From an uncultured virus (IMG/VR IMGVR_UViG_3300033064_004648) (taxonomy: Duplodnaviria; Heunggongvirae; Uroviricota; Caudoviricetes): DNA of 60,829 nucleotides. This document shows, one piece after another, positions 49,359 to 58,002 of this stretch; the first letter of the stretch is position 1; each line of letters starts with the position of its first letter. The notes under the pieces were generated by a model that saw nothing but the letters and a program-made list of their open reading frames with translations, was not told where the DNA came from and did not search any database. The translations under genes and the position numbers were made by a program. The stretch lies in IMG/VR virus record IMGVR_UViG_3300033064_004648, positions 62,001-122,829 of that record; one strand, 5' to 3'.

Positions 49359-50138
49359 TTAAAAAACATTTAATGGATTTGAAAGATTGTTTTCGATGAT
49401 GTATTCGTTATATGCCTTTGCGGCATCCATTTCTTTTCTAAAACACCCTAATCGTTTTAAATTTCCGTTTGCTCTTATTCGGCTCTGCCATTTTAGACCA
49501 CCGTCTACATACTTATCTGTGTGAAGACATACTCCACGGTATTTAGAAGTAGAATTTACTCTCTTTTTTCCAAGATTTAAAACCGATATTTTTTTACATG
49601 TTTCTTCTGTCATTGGAGATCTATTTTTAGCAGTTATAGACATATTTTTACGAGTTTCTTCAGTGGGATTTTGGCGTGCTTCGGACATCTTTTTACATGT
49701 TTCTTCTGAAAGTTTTCTTCCTTTGTTTGCTTCAGAAATTGCTTTTTTGGTTTCATCTGAGTGTGTTTTCCCAAGCATTCCCACATGATTTTCAGATATC
49801 AATTTTTTAGACTTGTCTGAATGGATTCGGTTTTTCATAGGAGATTTTCCTCCCCACGAAATATTATAACCATTTTCGGAAACATGGGAATGTAATGTTT
49901 TTATCCAATATATTTCCTTTTCATCTAATTGCTCGATTGTACATTTCTCGACTATCCAAAATTTAAAGTTTTTTTCACCATAATTGTTCCAAGCATTTTG
50001 AAAATACATACTGTCTTTTTTCTTTTTGCTTTTTAAAACATATAAATGACTTTTTTCTCTATTTTTAATGCGTTTTGATTGTCCGACATACTTCTTTTTA
50101 TCGGCTAAATTCTCAAAACAATAAATTCCACTTTTCAT
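49359..50138 (-). CDS. GIY-YIG homing endonuclease, NUMOD3 repeats and C-terminal AP2 domain
   Basis: SGIYC.EN....KYVGQS..I..R..H; SKYRGV..KW..RI....LG.F..E.DAA.AYN. Confidence 0.88.
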   Translation of the reverse strand: MKSGIYCFENLADKKKYVGQSKRIKNREKSHLYVLKSKKKKDSMYFQNAWNNYGEKNFKFWIVEKCTIEQLDEKEIYWIKTLHSHVSENGYNISWGGKSPMKNRIHSDKSKKLISENHVGMLGKTHSDETKKAISEANKGRKLSEETCKKMSEARQNPTEETRKNMSITAKNRSPMTEETCKKISVLNLGKKRVNSTSKYRGVCLHTDKYVDGGLKWQSRIRANGNLKRLGCFRKEMDAAKAYNEYIIENNLSNPLNVF

Positions 50139-50142
50139 ATTT

Positions 50143-50352
50143 CTATAGAATTACAACATCTGTAGCTTGTAATCCTTTGTCTCCTTCTACTACAGAAAAT
50201 TCTACCTGTTGTCCTTCATTTAATGACTTGAATCCCTCTTGTAAGATACCGGAATAATGTACGAATACATCTTCACCTTCTTCGCGTTCTATAAAGCCGT
50301 ACCCTTTTGTGGCGTTGAACCATTTAACTGTACCTTGTTCTTTTTCTGACAT
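50143..50352 (-). CDS. csp: cold-shock domain protein
   Basis: [15 protein letters not shown] (RNP1), DVFVHYS (RNP2), [12 protein letters not shown]. Confidence 0.95.
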   Translation of the reverse strand: MSEKEQGTVKWFNATKGYGFIEREEGEDVFVHYSGILQEGFKSLNEGQQVEFSVVEGDKGLQATDVVIL

Positions 50353-50426
50353 TTTTACTTTTTTCCTTTTTTTCTTTCTGCTGTTATTATATTAATATTA
50401 CAATATTCCGATTAAGAAATATAATA

Positions 50427-50675
50427 TTATCCTTCATACTCATGTAATCCTATAAAGAAGTCTATTTGAAAAGGGTTTGATGTTATCCCGATTCTGTCTG
50501 CAAAATGTGTAGCTGTTGGTGTACCAGCTAATCCTAACCACCTACCGCCACTATGGATATGGCGTTCAATCATATGCACCTTATACGCTAATGAATTTGA
50601 AACACCTGATAATCCATTGACCGCCAAAGAATCTATTTTTTCTATATTGGTGCTTAATCCATTGATAATAGGCAT
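50427..50675 (-). CDS. short virion-associated hypothetical protein (possibly internally deleted)
   Basis: 82 aa with AAGGAGG RBS; SLAYKVH.IERH.H...GLHEYEG. Confidence 0.55.
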   Translation of the reverse strand: MPIINGLSTNIEKIDSLAVNGLSGVSNSLAYKVHMIERHIHSGGRWLGLAGTPTATHFADRIGITSNPFQIDFFIGLHEYEG

Positions 50676-50684
50676 TTATCCTCC

Positions 50685-51539
50685 TTATATATATTGAGCG
50701 TAATATCGAAGACTAATGTCGGATGCTCCCATGATAGTTATATCTGTAATAATTTGTCCATTTATTGCTACATTATTGCTTGGTGCAATATAGATACAAT
50801 GACTGCCACTGTTTATTTTTGCATAAATAGGCGAAGCGCTTGCGTAAATTGTAAGAGCATTAACTTGTTCGGCAAAAGTAATTACTTGACTAGCTGAAGA
50901 AGTTATCATCCATGGTGTAAGATCTCCAATATTTACGCTAGACATAAATCCGTTACTAGTTATGTTTTTATCCTCTATCGCGACTATAGAACCACCTGCG
51001 ACAAGACTTGCAGAGATTACATTATCAATTGTGATGTTTCCGTCGTTAACCCAAACTGCACTTCCTCCATAGGCAAGCGAAGCCGAAATTACATTATCAA
51101 TTGTGATGTTTCCATCGTTAATCCAAACTGCACTTCCTCCATAGGCAAATGATGCCGAAACCACATTAGTTATTGAACCACTATAAACCGTAGGATAAGT
51201 TACATTTGCGTCATGCACAGCGATAGCCATATCATTCAATGTTATCGAACTTCCCTGAATTATTTTCGCACGACTATCGGTAGTACCATCTTTTAATTCA
51301 ACTGCACCTATTTCAATATCTCCACTCGAAAGAGATACTGTAATAGAACCCGAAGAGGGAGGGTTGACAAGAGGTACGAGATACATATCTGGTATAACTC
51401 TGTACCACTCTTTTGTATCTGTTACAAATAAATTTGCCCCTACCCATGAAATTCCATCGACTGGTGTAGACCCACTCATGTCTGTTGAAAGACATTGATA
51501 ATCAACACCATTCCGCTTAGGTATAAAGGTTACACTCAT
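50685..51539 (-). CDS. putative structural protein with 23-aa repeats
   Basis: NV.SAS.AYGGSAVW.NDGNITID repeats; DIEIGAVELKD motif. Confidence 0.6.
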   Translation of the reverse strand: MSVTFIPKRNGVDYQCLSTDMSGSTPVDGISWVGANLFVTDTKEWYRVIPDMYLVPLVNPPSSGSITVSLSSGDIEIGAVELKDGTTDSRAKIIQGSSITLNDMAIAVHDANVTYPTVYSGSITNVVSASFAYGGSAVWINDGNITIDNVISASLAYGGSAVWVNDGNITIDNVISASLVAGGSIVAIEDKNITSNGFMSSVNIGDLTPWMITSSASQVITFAEQVNALTIYASASPIYAKINSGSHCIYIAPSNNVAINGQIITDITIMGASDISLRYYAQYI

Positions 51540-51603
51540 AAAAATTCCTCCTTTTCATTTTCATCATCTTCTATATGAAATAATTCCTCCAAAAGGAGGG
51601 AAC

Positions 51604-51909
51604 TTATTCTTCTTTTTCTTCTTCAAATAAGTCAAGCAATGTTCTACTTGCCTTAAAAACGATACGTTGTGATTCTGGTATTTCTATTTCTTTCTTTTTA
51701 TTTGGGCTCCATCCTTTATGTGACTTAATTGTTGTTACATAAAGTTTAAAAAGACCCATAATTTTTAATTCACTTCTATCATAAATAATATCTTTAATGA
51801 TTTCTTCAAATGTTTCCCATATAATTAGAATATCGTCTCGTGTGAAACTTGCTCTATGGGCTAATTCCCGTATAAGCCATTCTTTGTTATAGACAGTTTT
51901 TTCTGACAT
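51604..51909 (-). CDS. HU/IHF-like DNA-binding protein
   Basis: NK..LI.ELA.RA, L.I.GLFK..V......G..P.....IEIP....I.FK.S..L. Confidence 0.85.
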   Translation of the reverse strand: MSEKTVYNKEWLIRELAHRASFTRDDILIIWETFEEIIKDIIYDRSELKIMGLFKLYVTTIKSHKGWSPNKKKEIEIPESQRIVFKASRTLLDLFEEEKEE

Positions 51910-52025
51910 TCTTGTTCCCTTTTATAATATTTATTGATGTAGAGATAAACACGCGTTGAAAATCGTGTAAGTCTCTCTATTATATAAGGAGAACGATGGC
52001 TGTCCAAATAATCTTGGAATTGTTT

Positions 52026-52793
52026 CTATATTTTTTTTGATTTTTGGTATATTTTTTGAGCACTTTCCTTTTTTACTTGAATTCTTTGTTTTTCATAGCA
52101 TTTATCGCATATTTCCTTAAGCCTTTTTGTTTGCGAAGACATCTCTTCTCCACACTCAATACATTTTTGGGGATAAAAAGAAACTATTCTGTTCATATCA
52201 GTAACAATTATTCCGTCAGGTGATTCTTCGCCTATAAAAAGCAATTCAAACATCTCACCATGTCTGTTATACTCTGATTTTTTGTTTGGGTTAGGAGCAC
52301 AAATCATACCTAATTTGAAAAGATCGTGCTTAATTTTGTTTCGCTCTTTTTTGTTAGCGTGAACTTTGGCTATTTTCAGTATCTCGGAAAAGTTTACATT
52401 AAGGTAATATCGAGATGATTTGCTATTGAATGCTTTTCGATTTGAACGCGAAATTGTAAGCATGACAAAGCAGATTTTTTCAAACTTGTAGTTTTTTAGT
52501 GCACGAATGGCGGTTATTTCAGATTCGGTAATTACAACCGAAGTACTAATGCGCAAAGGATACTTTTCACTTTTTTTGATAGCGTTATCCAACTTGTTTC
52601 CAACGATAGATTCGTTGTAGTTGGAAAATTTTGTGTAAAATTCAATTATAGATTTCTTGATTTGGGGATTATTCAAGTTTTTATAGCGAAAATATTTAGA
52701 GAGAATCTTTAAGTCGTGCCAGACAAGGTAGTCGGTAAAGCCGTCGTGTAATAATTGTTCGGCGTATTCTAGTTCATTGAAAATTATATTCAT
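52026..52793 (-). CDS. conserved protein downstream of the phage RNAP, C-terminal Zn finger
   Basis: IFNE..YAE.LL..GF, I.I..SE...I, CIECG...ICDKC. Confidence 0.65.
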   Translation of the reverse strand: MNIIFNELEYAEQLLHDGFTDYLVWHDLKILSKYFRYKNLNNPQIKKSIIEFYTKFSNYNESIVGNKLDNAIKKSEKYPLRISTSVVITESEITAIRALKNYKFEKICFVMLTISRSNRKAFNSKSSRYYLNVNFSEILKIAKVHANKKERNKIKHDLFKLGMICAPNPNKKSEYNRHGEMFELLFIGEESPDGIIVTDMNRIVSFYPQKCIECGEEMSSQTKRLKEICDKCYEKQRIQVKKESAQKIYQKSKKI

Positions 52794-53749
52794 TTTGTGA
52801 TGTCTTTTTCGGGTAAGTCATAAATGTCGTTATACCAACCGTTTTTGACTTTGTAAATTGTATTTTTACTAACCTCTATTTCTTTAAATATTTTTGTTAC
52901 AGATAGACCATTTTCTAATAATTTTAAAATTTCTAAAACTATTTCTTTTTTAGTTATTCCTGGATTATTTGTCCCACTGTTTGCCTTAGACAATTTCTTA
53001 CGTGTTTCATCTGACGGATGCTTTCCGAAATTATGATTTTTTTCACCCTTTTTCGATTCAGACATTTTTTTACACGTTTCTTTAGAATGTGGAGGTCTAT
53101 TTTTAGCGGAGATGGACATTTTCTTGCACGTTTCTTCAGAAGGATTGCTATTTGCTTTGCTTATTTTCTTACATGTTTCTTCCGTATGATGTTTTCCGGA
53201 CATAGGGTTATTTGTAAGCATGAATTTTCTCTGATCTGGCCTAATCATTCCTGTTTTACTTTTTGACATTCTGTTGCGTGTTTCTTCAGACGGATGTTTC
53301 CCATACATTGGGTGGTTTTCGCCCTTTTGTGCTTCGGACATATTTTTACGTGATTCTTCAGTGCGGCGTTTTCCAAAATTAGGGCTATCTTCTCCTCGTT
53401 TCCCAAACATAGGATTGTTTTCACCTTTATGTGCTTCCGACATTTTATTACGTGTTTCTTTGGTGGCTTTATGCCCAGAATTACCGCTTCTTCCACCTTT
53501 ACTAAGATTATAGCCAATATCAGGATTAGTAGAATCATAGAAATTAATCCAATAAATTTCCCTTTCACACAAGTAATCATGATCTGTTATTCCGTCTTCT
53601 AAAGTTATTCTTGAGAAATTTTCTTTACCGTATTTTTTGATAGCACGTTTAATATATTTTCCAGAACCCAAATATTTTTCATCGTTCCCGCAATGTTTTC
53701 CAACATATATTTTTTCTTTTATATTATTTGTTGTAAGGTATATTATCAT
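52790..53749 (-). CDS. GIY-YIG (Seg-like) homing endonuclease, NUMOD3 repeats and HTH
   Basis: N-terminus nearly identical to 46555..47343 (RITLEDGITDHDYLCEREIYWI.FYDSTNPD.GYNLS). Confidence 0.9.
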   Translation of the reverse strand: MIIYLTTNNIKEKIYVGKHCGNDEKYLGSGKYIKRAIKKYGKENFSRITLEDGITDHDYLCEREIYWINFYDSTNPDIGYNLSKGGRSGNSGHKATKETRNKMSEAHKGENNPMFGKRGEDSPNFGKRRTEESRKNMSEAQKGENHPMYGKHPSEETRNRMSKSKTGMIRPDQRKFMLTNNPMSGKHHTEETCKKISKANSNPSEETCKKMSISAKNRPPHSKETCKKMSESKKGEKNHNFGKHPSDETRKKLSKANSGTNNPGITKKEIVLEILKLLENGLSVTKIFKEIEVSKNTIYKVKNGWYNDIYDLPEKDITK

Positions 53750-53751
53750 AA

Positions 53752-56475
53752 TTAATTCTTTTCCACATCAATTTTTTGTAGCGAATATTTTTTTCCCAAA
53801 TAATCTATATCTCCCGTATCACTTACTAGTGGGATGAAATTTTCTTTCTGCTTATTTTCTGTAATATTCGCCAAAAGCCCATCCTCAAAAATTGACCACA
53901 AAAAATTTTTTCCATCTCCGGGATGTTTTACATAGCAGATTTCAACAGCAAGATTTGCAAGTTCCTGCATATTATTCGATATCTTCGTGGCTTTGTTACG
54001 GATGTATATGTTGTAATGCTGCAATGTTCTGTAAGACCGTTCACCGCTATTATTTTTAATATTTGCAAAATTTCTTTTTCCTGTCTTAAACTCTTCATAT
54101 AGTTTGTACAATTTTTTAAATTTTTGTTCATCAAATTCATATTTAGATGTTTTTAATAAAGAAATGTTGAATTTTTTACTTCTTGCCCGCATGTCGAACT
54201 TAATAACTTTTACTGATTTTTCCATGAAACGACACACTTTGTTCATGGCACAAGGACTATCTAACAAAGGTGAATACCTATGGTACTTTTCAACAACTTC
54301 TTTTTCTTGTTCTGTTTGCGGGCTATCTAACATTTCCTCTAAACTTTTGCCGTAGTTAGTTTGACAGAAATTCTCGTATGTTTTTTGATAATTTTTATAA
54401 CGCTTATTATAATTTTGGTAACGATAGCGGAAAAAATAAGGTCTTTGATTTATTCTAATACTATTGTTGAAATTACATAAGTCAATTTCTTCGCTCATAT
54501 TGTCATTATCGGCTGTGATATATTTTGTCCAATATTTTGGAAGCGGCACTACTTCTAAACCCTTTGCGTGATCTATATTTAGCCCCTGTAGTTTTCTACA
54601 TAGTTTTAATCTTTTTTCGATTTCTATGAATTCATGTGAACCAACGTCGTAGGAAGCCTGCATGGCAAACAAAGTTGTAGAAATGTTTGTGATAAATCCA
54701 ATTTTTGAATTGAACCCAAGTGTATCTATCTTCCACAAATTGTTCTCTATAATAGGTTCCTTTTTAGCGGTTTCTCTACTATACGTTATCGGCAGACCTC
54801 GAAAAGCGCCTTCTATTATTTGTTGCTGATCAGTTGTTGCAATTAAGTCGCCATCAAAGTCAGCATCGGCATGCAGCATCATGTCAGTTCCATGAACATC
54901 ATAGATAGTGCATCCGTTTTGCAAATGTTTATACCATTTGTCGGTTTCATCATTATCAACAAGATTTAAAACATTAACTTCTGATCGCCATGTAAGAGGC
55001 GCACGCATTGCGGCAACTTTAGAAACATTTCTTTTATTCCAAAATCCGCTATAATGCTGCCACTCATCTAAAAGCCCTTTTATTGGTTTGTCAAATATGT
55101 ACTCACAAAAAGCGACGGGGTCCGCTACTATGAAAGAATAATTCCCATTTACGATGAGACTTCCAACATAACTTTCTTTAATCTTCTTATTGAGACTTTT
55201 TATTAAATAATTTTTTACATGCGGATCTTGAATAAGCGAGTTGTTAAGGATTATTGCCTTAGTCACTGTATCATTAATACTATTAAACAGGTTGTCATTG
55301 TTATCTACGTCGGCAAGAGACCCCATTAAATAAAGCGCGGCGAAAGTCCAGTCACTATTTACAGTTTTATCAAAATATTCAACCGTTTTCTCACATAGTA
55401 ATTCTATTTGTTCGTCATCCAGATCGAGTGCCTGTAGAAACTGGTAATTTGTAGTTACACTTGTTTTATCTGTTTCTGGTGCTACTCTTACTACTCCGAA
55501 ATGGAAATCGTTTTCTTTACAATTTCTTTGATATTCTTGTAATGAGTCATAGTTCTGCCATGCCTTAAATTGGCTCGTTGTCAAAATAAGATCCATGTCA
55601 CGTATATTGACGGAATTTCCCCAAGCATCTTTAAAAATATGTTTTTCGGCTACTTCTTCAGAATACATGTGAAAATCGAATACACACACTAAACCTTTCA
55701 AGAATGATGATCGTATTAAAAAAGAACTGGGTATGTAGTCAAGCCGCAGATCTTTCGCCCATTTCTTCGCCATTTTTGGTGACACTAGCCCCATTCCATC
55801 AAAAATGTTTCCGGACAACTCCATTTCTTTTACAGACACTTCATTATTATCATCAATAAATTCAACTTTGGTGTCTTTTTTAATCTCGCAGTCCTGAACC
55901 ACACAAAAATAAGGATCACTTACTGGAATTGTCCCGCTATAAGAAAGAGCAAAATAAGCGTTATTCTTCGCTAAGACTATATCGTCTAGTCTTCGCCCAT
56001 TATTCAGCATTCTTTTCAGCTCTTTTTCAATGTGTTTGGAGCAGAAAATTACTGTATTTCTTCTGCTATGCCCTGCACCGCATAATAATCTCGTAAACTC
56101 CACCCCATTTATTTTGAATCCTTTTTTTATTATTTTTTTGTACTGCGATTTACTATCTACCGTTAAAGAAACAATATCTGGCACAAATAATATGCCATCA
56201 ATAGTTGTCTGGATATTAATTAATTCTTCAATATTCTCTGTACATGACTCTAATTTTCGTATATCTCGTCTGTTCTGAATTAGGACGTCCAGATAACTTT
56301 TATCGAATAACTTACCTTTTATCTTAAATACAGATAAAATAACTTGATTTTGTGAAATCGATATCAGCTCTGCATTTTTTCGTGCTTGAGAAATACTGAG
56401 TTCGACATTATAATTTGCTTTTTTGATCCTACTAGAAGATAACTTAAAAACAAAAAACTGTTGATTTTTCTTCAA
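53752..56475 (-). CDS. yonO: YonO-like single-subunit DNA-dependent RNA polymerase (cellular RdRP-related two-barrel polymerase)
   Basis: 907 aa; AGHSRR, FDGMGLVSP, R..F.KG, RAP, catalytic ADFDGD, IG.ITN; SPbeta-like synteny (RNAP-HU-terminase). Confidence 0.87.
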   Translation of the reverse strand: MKKNQQFFVFKLSSSRIKKANYNVELSISQARKNAELISISQNQVILSVFKIKGKLFDKSYLDVLIQNRRDIRKLESCTENIEELINIQTTIDGILFVPDIVSLTVDSKSQYKKIIKKGFKINGVEFTRLLCGAGHSRRNTVIFCSKHIEKELKRMLNNGRRLDDIVLAKNNAYFALSYSGTIPVSDPYFCVVQDCEIKKDTKVEFIDDNNEVSVKEMELSGNIFDGMGLVSPKMAKKWAKDLRLDYIPSSFLIRSSFLKGLVCVFDFHMYSEEVAEKHIFKDAWGNSVNIRDMDLILTTSQFKAWQNYDSLQEYQRNCKENDFHFGVVRVAPETDKTSVTTNYQFLQALDLDDEQIELLCEKTVEYFDKTVNSDWTFAALYLMGSLADVDNNDNLFNSINDTVTKAIILNNSLIQDPHVKNYLIKSLNKKIKESYVGSLIVNGNYSFIVADPVAFCEYIFDKPIKGLLDEWQHYSGFWNKRNVSKVAAMRAPLTWRSEVNVLNLVDNDETDKWYKHLQNGCTIYDVHGTDMMLHADADFDGDLIATTDQQQIIEGAFRGLPITYSRETAKKEPIIENNLWKIDTLGFNSKIGFITNISTTLFAMQASYDVGSHEFIEIEKRLKLCRKLQGLNIDHAKGLEVVPLPKYWTKYITADNDNMSEEIDLCNFNNSIRINQRPYFFRYRYQNYNKRYKNYQKTYENFCQTNYGKSLEEMLDSPQTEQEKEVVEKYHRYSPLLDSPCAMNKVCRFMEKSVKVIKFDMRARSKKFNISLLKTSKYEFDEQKFKKLYKLYEEFKTGKRNFANIKNNSGERSYRTLQHYNIYIRNKATKISNNMQELANLAVEICYVKHPGDGKNFLWSIFEDGLLANITENKQKENFIPLVSDTGDIDYLGKKYSLQKIDVEKN

Positions 56476-56485
56476 AATACTCCTT

Positions 56486-56743
56486 TTAATTATCTTCTAT
56501 GTAATTGTATAATTTATCTACATATTTATTCCAGCTCATCTCCCGCCATATATTTTCTTCATCTGTTCTGTTCCAAGCATCTTCATCTTCATCATCTATT
56601 TCGTCAAGATAAAAATTATTTATATTTGTAAAGTTACTGCATCCATTGTCTAAAGAGTTATCTAATAATTTTTCCCATGGCGTGCACAATTCTCGGAATA
56701 CGCATTGGTTACAACATTGATTGCATATGCACTGCCCGCTCAT
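56486..56743 (-). CDS. small Cys-rich acidic protein
   Basis: CICNQCCNQC..C...C; AAAGGA RBS. Confidence 0.6.
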   Translation of the reverse strand: MSGQCICNQCCNQCVFRELCTPWEKLLDNSLDNGCSNFTNINNFYLDEIDDEDEDAWNRTDEENIWREMSWNKYVDKLYNYIEDN

Positions 56744-56800
56744 ACTGTTTTCCTTTCATTTAATTATAGTTTTACTATTATCGTTCTTTTCGTAGTGATA

Positions 56801-56829
56801 ATTATACCATATAATTCTTATTAAGTCAA
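56801..56829 (-). promoter_or_regulatory. sigma70-type promoter driving the RNAP operon
   Basis: TTGACT-N17-TATAAT; near-identical to 34334-34362. Confidence 0.8.
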
Positions 56830-56964
56830 GGGTGTAAATTTTATTCTTTGCCATAATTGCCATAAGATAAAAAGCAAATGATAAAGTATTCTACAATGTA
56901 ATTATACCCCCTAATAATCGTTTCTAATCAATGTAACTCCTTTTTATGATAGATTACATGTGTT

Positions 56965-57195
56965 TTAGGTAGAATCCAAATTACCTCTAATTAACTTAAG
57001 TTCTTTTAGTGAAACAAGTACATCTACATATTCTTTATTGATCTCAGGATCTCCGTCACATAAAGGAAGAGTTTTTTGAACGAGAAATTCGTGTATTGCT
57101 ATTAATTCATCTAACCTTTTACTAGATACCCTACTTAATAATATTCCTCCTTCCTTCATACTTTCTACTAGTTTATCAAAATCTTTTTTGTTCAT
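56965..57195 (-). CDS. hypothetical protein
   Basis: 76 aa with AAAGGA RBS. Confidence 0.55.
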   Translation of the reverse strand: MNKKDFDKLVESMKEGGILLSRVSSKRLDELIAIHEFLVQKTLPLCDGDPEINKEYVDVLVSLKELKLIRGNLDST

Positions 57196-57260
57196 GTGTT
57201 TTCCTTTATATTTTTAAACGTTTAGTATTATATTTGTTTGAAACAGTCAAAATGTAAAGC
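57196..57260 (-). repeat. ~60-bp dispersed repeat, inverted copy of 59641-59704
   Basis: GCTTTAC.TT(T)TGACTGTTT.AAACAA.TA.AATA..AACGTTTAAAAA..TAAAGGAAAACAC is shared by both copies. Confidence 0.7.
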
Positions 57261-57388
57261 ATACTTGTCCTTTTATGTTTTAAATAATTTGTATTATAAT
57301 CGATTACTTTAGTCGAAGTAAAGCATTTTCAACTCTTTCCTTTTTGGATATAGTTCATGTTCTCCTGATTATTTACTGTGTTTTACTG

Positions 57389-57979
57389 TTATTTAAGATA
57401 TTCAATGGCGTTTTGCAATATTTTGGGACTATCTTGGGCATACCCTAACATCATATTACATCTAGAACATAATAAACCTCTAATGGCACCACTTGTATGA
57501 TTATGATCTACCGCCAAAGATTTCTTAAATTCATTAAAATGTCTTCCGCAAATTGCACAACAACCATTTTGCTCTTGCAACATTTCATCATATCGTGTCG
57601 GTGTTATGTCAAACATTCTTTTTAATCGTTCTTTTCTTGATTTAGCATAATCATAATTATTTATAGGAATATATTTAGTAAATGATTTCTTAAAAGTTCT
57701 TTCTGTCTCGTTGTTTAATTTTTTCACTATCCAATATGTCTTTCCCCTATTTTTTGCCATTCTTTCTCGAAAACTATTTACTTCATATAATAACTCATCT
57801 TCCTTCAATAATAGATTTATTTTATTCAATCCCTTTGTTCTAAATGTAATTTCAGAATTATTTTCCGCTAGAGAAAGAAGCATATTTATAAAATCTTCTT
57901 TTTCTTTATCACAAATATATAATTTTTTCCCTATATATGATTCTAATATCTTTTTTAGTTTTGTGTTCTTTTTTTTCAT
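57389..57979 (-). CDS. recombination endonuclease VII-type nuclease fused to a helicase C-terminal-like domain
   Basis: YDEML.EQNGCCAIC, LAVDHNH.SG.IRGLLCSRCN..LG...DS...L.NAIEYL. Confidence 0.85.
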   Translation of the reverse strand: MKKKNTKLKKILESYIGKKLYICDKEKEDFINMLLSLAENNSEITFRTKGLNKINLLLKEDELLYEVNSFRERMAKNRGKTYWIVKKLNNETERTFKKSFTKYIPINNYDYAKSRKERLKRMFDITPTRYDEMLQEQNGCCAICGRHFNEFKKSLAVDHNHTSGAIRGLLCSRCNMMLGYAQDSPKILQNAIEYLK

Positions 57980-58002
57980 TTTATTCCTTTATCAAAAATG
58001 TT

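Noticed and set aside
15240..53749. Group I introns housing the endonuclease genes
   Set aside because: Flanking genes appear complete with their own starts and stops, and the ~90-125 nt leaders are too short and lack recognisable group I core elements.
53752..56475. RNA-virus or RNAi-type RNA-dependent RNA polymerase
   Set aside because: DNA phage context and SPbeta-like synteny fit a YonO-type DNA-dependent enzyme.
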